A DNA stretch of 64,000 nt, from NCBI GenBank assembly GCA_938024995.1, contig CALJDU010000006.1, positions 83,052-147,051 on the forward strand, in the 5' to 3' direction. This DNA is from an uncultured bacterium. Its GTDB lineage: Bacteria; Myxococcota_A; Polyangia; Polyangiales; Houyiibacteriaceae. The notes beneath the pieces were generated by a model, which searched no databases, was not told the DNA's origin, and saw only the letters and a program-made list of their open reading frames with translations. Below, in pieces: positions 38,678 through 47,254 of the stretch (positions are counted from its first letter, which is position 1; each line of letters starts with the position of its first letter). The translations under genes were made by a program, and so were the position numbers.

Positions 38678-39979
38678 GTGTCCTCACACCGGCGCGGCAT
38701 CTTTTTAAGCGTCACCGTGTTAGTCCGGCTCGTGGCGCGCGCGATCGTCAAAGCAAAGGGCTACCGAAAGCAGAACGCGGAGCTCACGTACCGCGCGAAC
38801 CAGAACCTGGAGCGGCACGGGTGGCTCCGCCTCACACCGGCGTACTCACGACGCCTGGTCGACGCGATCGTCAGCGAGCTTCCGGACGATGCGCGCGTGC
38901 TTGACCCGTTCTCGGGGACCGCGACCACCACGCTGACCGCGGCGCAGCGTGGTCTCGACGCGCTCTCGACCGATATCAACCCGTTCTTGGTGTGGCTCGG
39001 GAACGCGAAGCTGGCGACCTACACGCGACGCCAGCTCTCCTCCGCCGCGAAAAAGATCGATGCGATCTGTGAGCAAGCAAGTGACCCCGACGCGGGGAAA
39101 ATCGCGCGGCCGCCGATCTTCAATATCGAGCGCTGGTGGAGCGTCACGGCGATCGACGAGTTGTGCGCTCTCGCGTTCGCGCTGGGGACGCGCCCGAACA
39201 AGCGCCTCACCGCGCACCGACTTTTGTGGATCGCGTTCTGTCGCGTGGCGATTGAGTCCAGCCGCGCATCGTTTGGTCATCAGTCCATGTCCGTGTCCAA
39301 GAAGGGCGCTTCCCCAAACGAAACGGTTTCCCCCATCGCGCGGTTCCGAGAGCGGGCGACCGCGGTGCTGCAGAGCGCGGCCTCCGCGCCGAGCGGGAAC
39401 GGCGAGGTCCGGCTCGGTGACGCGCGCACCCTCGACGCGATCGACCCCGCGACCGACGCGCCCTTTAACGCGGTCGTGACCTCGCCGCCGTACGCGAACC
39501 GAATGTCCTACATCCGCGAGCTCCGTCCGTACATGTACTGGACCGGTTTCTTGAACGAGGCGCGGGAAGCGGGTGAGCTCGACTGGCAAGCGATCGGCGG
39601 GACCTGGGGGGTCGCCACTTCTCGTCTCAAGGACTGGGAACGAGACGGAGAGATCGCGTTGCCTCGTGGCCTGGTCCGCGCCGCGAACAAGATCGGTCGC
39701 GGTGATCACAAGAACGCCGAGATCATGAAGCGGTACGTCGCGCGTTACTTCGAAGACGCGGCGCGACACCTGCACGCGCTCAAGCCCCACCTCGCGCCTG
39801 GCGCGGAGCTTCACTACATCGTCGGGAATTCCAAATTCTACGATGTCGTCGTGAGCACCGAGAAGATCTACGCCGAGTTGATGGAGCAGGCCGGCTTTCG
39901 CGACGTCACCATCCGCGTCATTCGGAAACGCAACAGCAAGAAAGAGCTCTTCGAGTACGACGTGATCGCGCGTCGCTGA
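38678..39979 (+). CDS. DNA methyltransferase (N6-adenine/N4-cytosine amino-MTase, PF01555-like; motif I N-terminal, motif IV C-terminal)
   Basis: LDPFSGTATT (motif I, FxGxG type) and VVTSPPYANR (motif IV, S/DPPY). No adjacent restriction endonuclease, so it appears to be an orphan. Confidence 0.6.
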   Translation: MSSHRRGIFLSVTVLVRLVARAIVKAKGYRKQNAELTYRANQNLERHGWLRLTPAYSRRLVDAIVSELPDDARVLDPFSGTATTTLTAAQRGLDALSTDINPFLVWLGNAKLATYTRRQLSSAAKKIDAICEQASDPDAGKIARPPIFNIERWWSVTAIDELCALAFALGTRPNKRLTAHRLLWIAFCRVAIESSRASFGHQSMSVSKKGASPNETVSPIARFRERATAVLQSAASAPSGNGEVRLGDARTLDAIDPATDAPFNAVVTSPPYANRMSYIRELRPYMYWTGFLNEAREAGELDWQAIGGTWGVATSRLKDWERDGEIALPRGLVRAANKIGRGDHKNAEIMKRYVARYFEDAARHLHALKPHLAPGAELHYIVGNSKFYDVVVSTEKIYAELMEQAGFRDVTIRVIRKRNSKKELFEYDVIARR

Positions 39980-39994
39980 GACGCCCGTGACGCG

Positions 39995-41257
39995 TCACTC
40001 GGTGAGGGTGGTCGGCACGCAGATCTCGACCTCGTCACGCGGACCTTCTGCGCCTTCTCCGCCGAACACAAAAAGGACCCCTGAGAAAAGCGCGACTCCG
40101 CGCGCGTCGCGTCTTGGGTGGACCAGCTCGAACGCCGGTGTGATGTCGCCCGTCTCGACCACCTCGTCGACCGTCCGCGAGCCGTCGCCGCCCACGATGT
40201 AGCGACCGGCGACCGCAGCGCCCTCTCGCGGGAGGTACGCCATGCCTTCTTCTACGCACGCGCCGGGACAGTCGCGAAAGCGGAGCGCGCGGCCCGACTC
40301 TTGGTCGACATAGGTGACGCCGCTCGCGCGCGAGAACACCGCTCCAGAACCCGCGATGACTTCTTCGCGCAGGCTCTCGAGCGCGCCGCCGGCCGCGACC
40401 GTCTCGATGCCGCCGCCGCCGCCGAGCACCAGCGCGCTTCTCCCAAGCCAGGCGATCGCCGGCTCCGCGCGCTCGCTCATCAGCGCGACGGATTCGATGG
40501 AGCCGCGAGCGTCGATGAAGTGCGCCTGCGCGCCGTCGACCAGAACCGCGCCAGAGCCTCCCCGCGAGACGATCGCGCGGCTATCGCTCAAGAGGTCAAC
40601 CGGCGGCTCTCTCATGTCGAGGTTCGCGAGGTCGAACATCGTGACGCCGCGGAGCGCGCTCGTGATCAGCACTCGCGAGGCGGAGAGGGTGACCGCGCGG
40701 GCATCTCCGAAGGGCTCCGCGTCAGGCAAGGCATCGGTGGCGGCGCGGAGGAGATCAAAGAACTCGATCGCGCCGGATGGACCGTCTCGGTCGCTCCCGC
40801 CGGCGAGGAGCACAAAGGAGTCGGCGCGCGCGGCGCCGATGCTGTGCCGCGGAAAGGCGAGCTCTGCGCCGCGGAGGACGGCGCAAGATCCAGGCGCCGC
40901 GACCACGATGCGCGCGAGTCCACCGCTCACTGCGGGGATGAAGGAAGGGGACGCGCCGTGTGAGAGGAGCTCGTCTTCCGCGAAGAAGCGCACGCTGAGT
41001 CGAGTCTCTCGGGTTAACGAAGCGACCTCGATAGGGAGATCGAAGAGCCCGTCGGTGACGTCGCCTTCGACGACGAAGGGGTCACGATCCTCTTGCGCGA
41101 TTCGGATCTCGACGCGATCCGCTTCGGTCGCGGGGTTGTCGCCAAGCGCGTTGATGATCTCGATCACGACGGTCGGCGCCGCGGGAGGATCGTCGCAGCC
41201 GAGGGCTCCGCACAGCAGAACGAAGACGAACGCGAGCGCTCTTTGCGTGCTTCGCAT
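39995..41257 (-). CDS. Hypothetical secreted lipoprotein
   Basis: Start at internal ATG (MRSTQRALAFVFVLLCGALGC|DDP); Gly/Ala-rich; no motif. Confidence 0.5.
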   Translation of the reverse strand: MRSTQRALAFVFVLLCGALGCDDPPAAPTVVIEIINALGDNPATEADRVEIRIAQEDRDPFVVEGDVTDGLFDLPIEVASLTRETRLSVRFFAEDELLSHGASPSFIPAVSGGLARIVVAAPGSCAVLRGAELAFPRHSIGAARADSFVLLAGGSDRDGPSGAIEFFDLLRAATDALPDAEPFGDARAVTLSASRVLITSALRGVTMFDLANLDMREPPVDLLSDSRAIVSRGGSGAVLVDGAQAHFIDARGSIESVALMSERAEPAIAWLGRSALVLGGGGGIETVAAGGALESLREEVIAGSGAVFSRASGVTYVDQESGRALRFRDCPGACVEEGMAYLPREGAAVAGRYIVGGDGSRTVDEVVETGDITPAFELVHPRRDARGVALFSGVLFVFGGEGAEGPRDEVEICVPTTLTE

Positions 41258-41322
41258 GCCGTCGGTGTAGCACGTCGAGTAGATGTTCACGCGCCGGTCC
41301 GCTCGCCTGATAGAACGCCTGC

Positions 41323-42567
41323 GTGCACGTCCGTTTCCTCAATGAACAGAGCGAGGCCGCGCAGATCGCCGCTTCCCTCTCGCGCCGGGACGGTTTCGCT
41401 TGGTTGGACGGCGACGGGAGCGCGGCCGGGCGGTACTCCTTCCTCGCCTGTGATCCCGTCGAGCTCCTGAGCGCGTCTTCGCTCGACTCGCTCACGGCGC
41501 TCTCGCGGTTTGCGCGTCCGCGCCCGTCGACCGCTTGCGGCCACGTGCCCCGTTGGATCGGCTACCTCACCTACGACGCGGCTTCTCCGTTGCCGGGGCG
41601 GGTGGAGCCCGCGCTTTGGTTTGGTCGATACGACGCGGTGCTCGCTTTCGATCATCAAGAACGTGAACTGATCTTGGTCGCCGATGATCGCGCCGCGGCG
41701 GATCGTCTGCTCGAAAAAGCGATGGCGCCAGCACCGCCAGCGCCACCGCCTCGCGTAACGAACCTCGTAAGCGCTCCGTCCGCTGAGCACATCGACGCCG
41801 TCGAACAAGCGCTGGCGCACATCGCCGCCGGCGACATCTATCAGGTGAACCTCGCTCGTCGCTGGCGCGCTGACTTCGAGGGCGATCCGCTTTCGCTTTT
41901 CGTCGCCATGAAGCGCGCGAGCCCGGTTCCCTTTGGGATGTTCCTCGCGACGCCAGACCTCACGTTGTGCGCGCGAACCATGGAGCGGTTCCTCTCGTGG
42001 GATGAAGGTCGGCTTTGCTCGAGCCCGATCAAAGGGACGATCCCGCGGTCCGGGCGAGACGAAGCGGAAGCGACGGCGTTGCGAAGCGATGACAAGGAGC
42101 GCGCCGAGCACGCGATGATCGTGGATCTCGTACGGAACGACCTGAGCAGGGTCGCGGAGCTGGGCACCGTTCAAGTGGAGGGCCTGATGGCGGTCGAGCC
42201 GTACGCGAAGCTCTCACACTTGGTCACGACCGTTTCATGCCGCCCTCGCGTGGACACGCGTCTCGTGGATGTGGTGCGCGCGACGTTCCCGCCTGGCAGC
42301 GTCACCGGGGCGCCCAAGATCAGAGCCTTGGAGATCATCGCGGCGCTTGAGCCTGCTCCGCGCGGGGTCTACTGCGGCGCGGTAGGTCACGTGAATCGCG
42401 ACGGCGCGCTGCGGCTCGCGGTCGCGATTCGAACCGCGGTGCTGCGAGGGCGGGAACTCGTCTATCACGCCGGCGGAGGGCTGGTATCCGCAAGCGACCC
42501 GCAGCGCGAACTCGCTGAAACGGAGCTGAAGGCGCGGGTCTTCCTGGACGCGATCGAGAGCTTTTGA
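41323..42567 (+). CDS. pabB: Chorismate-binding enzyme, aminodeoxychorismate synthase component I (PabB)-like
   Basis: Chorismate-utilising C-terminal domain: …SSPIKGT…, …PPGSVTGAPKIRA…, …VYCGAVG…. Confidence 0.7.
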   Translation: MHVRFLNEQSEAAQIAASLSRRDGFAWLDGDGSAAGRYSFLACDPVELLSASSLDSLTALSRFARPRPSTACGHVPRWIGYLTYDAASPLPGRVEPALWFGRYDAVLAFDHQERELILVADDRAAADRLLEKAMAPAPPAPPPRVTNLVSAPSAEHIDAVEQALAHIAAGDIYQVNLARRWRADFEGDPLSLFVAMKRASPVPFGMFLATPDLTLCARTMERFLSWDEGRLCSSPIKGTIPRSGRDEAEATALRSDDKERAEHAMIVDLVRNDLSRVAELGTVQVEGLMAVEPYAKLSHLVTTVSCRPRVDTRLVDVVRATFPPGSVTGAPKIRALEIIAALEPAPRGVYCGAVGHVNRDGALRLAVAIRTAVLRGRELVYHAGGGLVSASDPQRELAETELKARVFLDAIESF

Positions 42568-42671
42568 GGGCAAGTAGCTCTGCATTTGCTGTCGAAGCAT
42601 CGCGCGAGAAACTAGATTAGAATTTAAAAGCCTGCGTTTCTGAGAAAAGATCAGAAACTTTGCTGATTCAG

Positions 42672-42699
42672 TTGACACGCGGGGAGGGCGGCGTTAAAT
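42672..42699 (+). promoter_or_regulatory. Sigma70-like promoter candidate (TTGACA-16 nt-TTAAAT) inside an AT-rich block at the left edge of the tRNA island
   Basis: ttgacacgcggggagggcggcgttaaat; the only strongly AT-rich patch (42600-42670) in a 68% GC context. Confidence 0.3.
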
Positions 42700-43594
42700 C
42701 AGAGACACGATGGTTCGCACCACTCAAACACAAAGTCCCAACACGAGGCGCTATGCGTCCGTAACGGCGACGAATGAGTGCCCTGAGGCCCTTCGACTCT
42801 CGTTCAAATCAATCAGATCCATGTTTTCCCCTTCGTTTATGTCGACCACGAGTCATCACGTTCCGAGCGAGCGTGAGGTTGCGCGTCAGGCCCTGGCCTG
42901 CGCGGACGCGGCTTGGGTGTTGGCCCAAACGTCCCCTGTTCAGAAGCCGAGCGTTCTTCGCGGTCTTGACCTCGACACCCACGGCATTTGTGATGGAGGA
43001 GAAAACTAGGCGGTTGCAGAAAAGACTCATGAAGTCCTTTCTCAAGCTGCCTCCCCCGAGGTGGCTTTTTTTGTGTTCGTCGTCTTCGGGCCATGTTCAC
43101 CACGCCTGACCGCTTGACCGCCTCTCCAGACCGATTTCAACAGCCTTCACCTCCACCACCCATCCTCAAGGACTCCGCCTTCCAGAGCGTCCCCCATGAA
43201 CTCCTCGCAGCCCTCGCAACCTCCAGATCTCATCGGCGCTCTGCCTGCTTCGCGCGGCTTGGGTCCAGATCGAGGACCGCTTTCAGCGTCGCTTTGGTGT
43301 CGGATCGTGGGCGTGAGGGCCACGAAGCGTATTTTGCGCGGTGGACAAACGGTGAATATGGATGTGACAAACAAAGAAGAGAGTCATATCAAACGATATA
43401 AAATGTCATTTGGAGACGTGAAAGTGCTCCAAAGCATCGAGAGCCACATGTCTGAGCCTTTCAGCCGCCTCGGCGGTACCGCAGCGCGCATCGCGTGTCT
43501 TCGCGGACAGGGAACGCTCCGCTCGGGTTAGCTACGAGGTCGCACCGCGATCCACGAGCCGCCCGAGCATTCGAGGCGGCTCTTTTTGTTCTCA

Positions 43595-43673
43595 ACGAGC
43601 GGAGCCGTTGGTGCGGCACGCGGGTTGTAACCCCGCCGGCTCTGTCCAAGGAGGTTCGATTCCTTCCCGCTCG
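43595..43673 (+). tRNA. tRNA-Tyr (anticodon GUA), class II with long variable arm
   Basis: Acceptor cgagcgg/ccgctcg perfect; anticodon arm gcggg-TTGTAAC-cccgc; 13-nt variable arm; T-arm ggagg-TTCGATT-ccttc; short D-loop. Confidence 0.5.
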
Positions 43674-43678
43674 ACTGG

Positions 43679-43836
43679 GTTTTGGGAGGGTCTGTTCGGA
43701 CCCTCCCTCCAAATAGCCAAGTGATTTGGAGCCTCCCTCCTACGTTCGCTTCGCTCAGTTTTTGGAGGGTCTGTTCGGACCCTCCCTCCAAATAACCAAG
43801 TGATTTGGAGCCTCCCTCCTACGTTCGCTTCGCTCA
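43679..43836. repeat. Two tandem 79-bp copies of array repeat family (hairpin ggagggtc-tgttcg-gaccctcc + tail ttggagcctccctcctacgttcgcttcgctcag)
   Basis: Directly visible; copies 43679-43757 and 43758-43836 are ~97% identical. Confidence 0.8.
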
Positions 43837-43941
43837 TCGCTCCTTCGTCGCTCTTGTTCGTGCTCGCGTGCGTTCGTTTCCTCGTCACTCGCTTCGCTCG
43901 TTTTCGCCAACCCAACCCAACCCAACCTCAACACACAACAC

Positions 43942-44013
43942 GGGGCATTAGCTCAAAGGCTAGAGCAGCCGGCTCTTAACCGGTCGATCAGGGTTCGAGT
44001 CCCTGATGCCCTA
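43942..44013 (+). tRNA. tRNA-Lys (anticodon CUU)
   Basis: Canonical cloverleaf: ggggcat / gctc-aaaggct-gagc / gccgg-CTCTTAA-ccggt / caggg-TTCGAGT-ccctg / atgccct. Confidence 0.75.
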
Positions 44014-44167
44014 CCGCGCTCACGCGATCTCCGGATCGCCGCGGCGCCACGGCCGAGGTGCGCGCTTCGCGAGCCTCACGACCCTCGGGTCACCGTTGTT
44101 CTCGTTCTTTTGAAAACTCATGGATCGGTCGCCATCGGGCGCTCGATCTCATCTGAAGCACACACGT

Positions 44168-44240
44168 TCCGGATTGGTCCATTTGGTGAGGGCGCACGGC
44201 TCTGAACCGTGAGGGCGGGGTTCAAATCCCTGATCCGGAT
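44168..44240 (+). tRNA. tRNA-Gln (anticodon CUG)
   Basis: U1-A72 acceptor (tccggat/atccgga); D stem gtcc/gggc; anticodon arm cacgg-CTCTGAA-ccgtg; T-arm cgggg-TTCAAAT-ccctg. Confidence 0.6.
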
Positions 44241-44572
44241 CTGGTGTTCGCCTCGGTCATGCACGGGCTGCGTATTCGCGCTTGTCATCGACCAAGGCTG
44301 TGCCGCGGGACTCGTCCCGTTTTCAACCTGCTCGTCTCTCGGAGGAGAGGCGGGTGGAGCAGGTCGCTCCCCAAGGGAACGTCCTGGTGCTTCAGAGCTC
44401 CTTGAAAATCTGGGGACGCAGGGCGGTGTAGCGCCTGCCCTGCTCAAGTTCATTCGGTCTCGTGCCGCGTGGAGAGTTCACGCTCTTCGCGCGGCACGTC
44501 AGACCGGTATTCGTCGGGCCACCGTCCCCATCGATCGCTTCACCGTGATCGATGGGAGGGCCCGGCGCGTAT

Positions 44573-44647
44573 TCCGCTGAAGCTCATTGGAAGAGCACCC
44601 GGCTGTTAACCGGAGGGGTGCAGGTTCGAGTCCTGCCGGCGGAGCCA
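44573..44647 (+). tRNA. tRNA-Asn (anticodon GUU)
   Basis: tccgctg…cggcgga-G-CCA; loop CTGTTAA; T-arm gcagg-TTCGAGT-cctgc; CCA encoded. Confidence 0.75.
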
Positions 44648-44650
44648 AAT

Positions 44651-44723
44651 GTTTGGGTGGCGTAGCTGGTGCGCGCGCTTGGTTGAAGCCCAGGAGGAGC
44701 TGGTTCGATCCCGGCCCCAAACA
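44651..44723 (+). tRNA. tRNA-Phe (anticodon GAA)
   Basis: gtttggg/cccaaac acceptor; D gcgt/gcgc; anticodon arm cttgg-TTGAAGC-ccagg; T gctgg-TTCGATC-ccggc. Confidence 0.7.
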
Positions 44724-44761
44724 CCGGTCGATGGCTGTCATGCAGCCAGCGACCAAAGCAA

Positions 44762-44837
44762 CCGCTTGTCGTCTAACGGTTTAGGACGCTCGTCTGATAC
44801 ACGGGCAATGGAAGTTCGATTCTTCCCAAGCGGACCA
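44762..44837 (+). tRNA. tRNA-Ile (anticodon GAU)
   Basis: ccgcttg/caagcgg acceptor; anticodon arm ctcgt-CTGATAC-acggg; T ggaag-TTCGATT-cttcc; CCA encoded. Confidence 0.6.
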
Positions 44838-44902
44838 TGTTCTGTTCGACGGAACGAAAAACGCGCCGCCGAGGCGACGCGTTCTACGCTCTTCCGAGCC
44901 GC

Positions 44903-45955
44903 CTACCAGCGCACGAAGCGCGAGATGCGGCGCACGCGGGAGTGGCTGGAGCCATCCGAGTCGAGCGAGAGCTCGGCGAGTGTGGTGGAGTTTACGTGCG
45001 GGCCCACCGAGCTGTCGGAGACCGGGCTGTTTGCGTCGGCGCCGAGGTTGTAGGACCAGCATGCGCTGTAGTGCTGAGTCACGCTTGCGTACGCGGTCGA
45101 GCAGTTCGTGGTCGGGGAAGTGTCGTCGTCGCGGTCGAACGAGGACCAGCCCGCGTTCACCTGCGAGTTGAAGACGCCCATCGAGCCCGAGACGAACGTC
45201 GCAGAGATGCGCATTCGAACGGGATCGAACGCGCTCATGTCCGCGCGGACCGCGATTCGCTCAACGCCTCGTCGGTCTTCGAACACATCCATGAGGTCTC
45301 CTGTCGCGGCGATCTCGTAGAGCGAGCCATCGTAGAAGTTGGAGTTGATGCTGGGGCGACCGCGTCGCTCGAGGCGATTGCCGTAGGGGATGCGCCAGAA
45401 CTGAAGGGTGTTCGTTCCGAGGAGCGAGTTGTAGAGAAGCGCCCAACCACCACCGTCGAGCTCTTGCTCGCAGTACACCTCGACGACTTCCGAGCCAAGC
45501 ATCAGCCAGGTCGGACCCGATCGCGTCAAGCCTGCGTCACGCGCGGCCGCACAGCTCGCGGCGGGGTTGTCCATCGTCAATCCAGGGAGCGCGGGACCGG
45601 CTGCACCCGGTGCGCCGTCCATTCCTGGAGTTCCGGCGGCACCTGGTTCACCCGGCGCACCATCCGCTCCGTTCGTTCCGTTGATGCCGTCGGTGCCGTT
45701 CATCCCGGGCATGCCGGGGGCGCCCGATTCGCCGTTACAGATGGCGACGATCTGCTCGCCCGCTTGTATCTCGGCACCACCGTTCGCGCATCGCGGATCA
45801 CCCATGGGGATCGGCGTGACGCTCGGTGCGGGACCTGGCGTACCCATCGTGCCCATCTCGCCCATCGCGCCCATCTCTCCAGGCGGACCTTCTGTGCCTG
45901 TGCAGGCAACCAACAGTGTGAGCGCCGCGAGGGCAACCAGCTTCAAGTTGTTCAT
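44903..45955 (-). CDS. Lipoprotein with collagen-like Gly-X-Y triple-helix repeats and C-terminal fibrinogen-related (FReD) domain (ficolin-like architecture)
   Basis: Signal MNNLKLVALAALTLLVAC|TG. Two interrupted GXY runs: GPPGEMGAMGEMGTMGTPGPAPS … GESGAPGMPGMNGTDGINGTNGADGAPGEPGAAGTPGMDGAPGAAGP (about 18 GXY triplets in total), then …YCEQELDGGGWALLYN…FWRIPYG…NCSTAYASVTQHYSACWSYNLGADANSP resembling the fibrinogen C-terminal domain. Start at internal ATG 45955. Confidence 0.6.
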   Translation of the reverse strand: MNNLKLVALAALTLLVACTGTEGPPGEMGAMGEMGTMGTPGPAPSVTPIPMGDPRCANGGAEIQAGEQIVAICNGESGAPGMPGMNGTDGINGTNGADGAPGEPGAAGTPGMDGAPGAAGPALPGLTMDNPAASCAAARDAGLTRSGPTWLMLGSEVVEVYCEQELDGGGWALLYNSLLGTNTLQFWRIPYGNRLERRGRPSINSNFYDGSLYEIAATGDLMDVFEDRRGVERIAVRADMSAFDPVRMRISATFVSGSMGVFNSQVNAGWSSFDRDDDTSPTTNCSTAYASVTQHYSACWSYNLGADANSPVSDSSVGPHVNSTTLAELSLDSDGSSHSRVRRISRFVRW

Positions 45956-46039
45956 GTCTAACGATCTCCGAAAACCGGGGATCGAAGCGTCCTCCAAATA
46001 GGTCACGTTGGTTCGATTTGACCTGCTCTGTACAGATTT

Positions 46040-46111
46040 GCTCTCGATGCTCGATGGACGAGCAACCGTCTTCTAAACGGCTCGCTGCGGGTTCGACTCC
46101 TGCCGAGAGCG
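46040..46111 (+). tRNA. tRNA-Arg (anticodon UCU)
   Basis: gctctcg/cgagagc; D gctc/gagc; loop CTTCTAA; T gcggg-TTCGACT-cctgc. Confidence 0.7.
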
Positions 46112-46115
46112 CCGG

Positions 46116-46189
46116 ACCTTCGTGGCTCAAAGGAAGAGCGCGCGTTTCCTAAACGCGTGATGAGAGTTCGAGTCTCTCCGAAGGTGCCA
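46116..46189 (+). tRNA. tRNA-Arg (anticodon CCU)
   Basis: accttcg/cgaaggt; D gctc/gagc; anticodon arm cgcgt-TTCCTAA-acgcg; T gagag-TTCGAGT-ctctc; CCA encoded. Confidence 0.75.
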
Positions 46190-46262
46190 ACGATCTGGTG
46201 GCTCTACGCGCAGCGCTATCGCTTCGCTCACGGGCTTGCTTGCAAGCTCATCAAGTTCTTTA

Positions 46263-46335
46263 CGCCGGGCTCTGGGAAAGCTGGTTGGTTTCCAAATCCG
46301 ACTGCAGGCGAGGTTCAACTCCTCGACTGTGTTTT
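46263..46335 (+). pseudogene. tRNA-Trp-like pseudogene (CCA anticodon loop, degraded acceptor/D-arm)
   Basis: Near-identical to the 46467-46541 copy but with a broken acceptor 3' strand and a T·T in the anticodon stem. Confidence 0.3.
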
Positions 46336-46412
46336 TTGGAGGGTCTGTTCGGACCCTCCCTCCCAACGAACAAGTAGTTGGGAGCCTCCCTCCTACGTTC
46401 GCTTCGCTCAGT
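46333..46412. repeat. Array repeat family copy (hairpin + tail)
   Basis: ttggagggtctgttcggaccctccctcccaacgaacaagtagttgggagcctccctcctacgttcgcttcgctcag. Confidence 0.8.
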
Positions 46413-46466
46413 CGGATTCGCTTCGCTCATGGCTTGCTTGCACGCAGCCGTCAGCACCTTTTACGC

Positions 46467-46541
46467 CGGGCTCTGGGAAAGCTGGTTGGACTCCAAATCC
46501 GACTGCAGGCGAGGTTCAACTCCTCGACGGCGTGCCGCGCT
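46467..46541 (+). pseudogene. tRNA-Trp-like element (anticodon CCA), non-canonical D-arm; possible pseudogene
   Basis: Acceptor acgccgg/acggcgt (6/7 bp); anticodon arm ttgga-CTCCAAA-tccga; T cgagg-TTCAACT-cctcg; no foldable D stem. Confidence 0.3.
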
Positions 46542-46567
46542 CAGATGAGCGTTCCTTTGCAGTGATG

Positions 46568-46636
46568 AGTGGTTCTGGGGAGGGTTCATACCCCTCCCTT
46601 CGTCAGTTCGATTCTGACCGCTGCATCTGAGTTTCT
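46568..46636 (+). pseudogene. tRNA-Met-like element (anticodon CAU) with truncated D-arm
   Basis: Acceptor tgcagtg/cgctgca; 7-bp anticodon helix with loop TTCATAC; T gtcag-TTCGATT-ctgac; 5' half is 4 nt short. Confidence 0.3.
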
Positions 46637-46710
46637 TGGAGGGTCTATCCGACCCTCCCTCCCAACGAGCAAGTAGTTGGGAGCCTCCCTCTTTTGTTCG
46701 CTTCGCTCAG
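46632..46710. repeat. Array repeat family copy
   Basis: ttggagggtctatccgaccctccctcccaacgagcaagtagttgggagcctccctcttttgttcgcttcgctcag. Confidence 0.8.
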
Positions 46711-46847
46711 CGGGTTCGCTTCGCTCACGTCGTGCTCGCTGGCGTCAGCTCGCGAGCAGGAGAGCAAAAAACTGTCGGTCGTTCGTCGACCATGGCGGCA
46801 CGGCGGGCCGTCGCGTGCATCGGTGCGAAAGCAACGGTGCGCGCTTT

Positions 46848-46919
46848 GCCTTTCAAGCGTAGATGGCGACGCCCTCCGCTCGTAACGGGGAGAGCTGGGT
46901 TCAAGTCCCAGGAAAGGCT
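46848..46919 (+). tRNA. tRNA-Thr (anticodon CGU)
   Basis: gcctttc/gaaaggc; D gcgt/acgc; anticodon arm ctccg-CTCGTAA-cgggg; T ctggg-TTCAAGT-cccag. Confidence 0.7.
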
Positions 46920-46926
46920 CTGAGTA

Positions 46927-47003
46927 TTTTGGAGGGGCTGTCCGCCCCTCCCTCCCAACGAACAAGTAGTTGGGAGCCTCCCACCCATGTTCGCTTCGCT
47001 CAA
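46927..47003. repeat. Array repeat family copy (ggagggg-ctgtccg-cccctcc variant)
   Basis: Followed directly by MITE-like element Y (46990-47100). Confidence 0.8.
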
Positions 47004-47110
47004 TATTCTTTGTTCCGCGCCGCCGGCGCTGACGCCGCTCGGTCTTCGCTTCGCTCCGGACCTCGCGCCTACGCGCCTGCTCGGAACCAATATCGTTCGC
47101 TTCGCGAACT
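46985..47110. repeat. MITE-like element Y (reverse-complement copy of 21377-21470)
   Basis: ~95% identity over ~95 bp to the rc of the 21.4-kb copy; imperfect inverted termini. Confidence 0.55.
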
Positions 47111-47254
47111 CGGCGGCGTACTTCTGGAGGGGCTGCCGGCCTTCACCACCACGCGAACTCGCCGCCGTCTTTCGCGTTGCGGTTTTGCTTTGCGGTTTTG
47201 CTTTGCGGTTGCGTCGCATGTCGCCTCAAGCGTTCGTTGCTCTTGCCTCTCAAG

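Noticed and set aside
43690-43712. GGUCCGAAC motif (on the minus strand of the hairpin repeat), reminiscent of the Ro-binding helix of Y RNAs
   Set aside because: The motif arises from the hairpin stem and loop of one repeat variant only. Other variants (ggagggg-ctgtccg-cccctcc) lack it, so it is probably coincidental.
45960-46040. Possible tRNA between the collagen-like gene and tRNA-Arg(UCU) (aggtca…tgacct hairpin with a gttcgatt loop)
   Set aside because: There is a 6-bp stem with a 13-nt loop but no acceptor or anticodon arms. It is more likely a terminator-like hairpin for the minus-strand gene.
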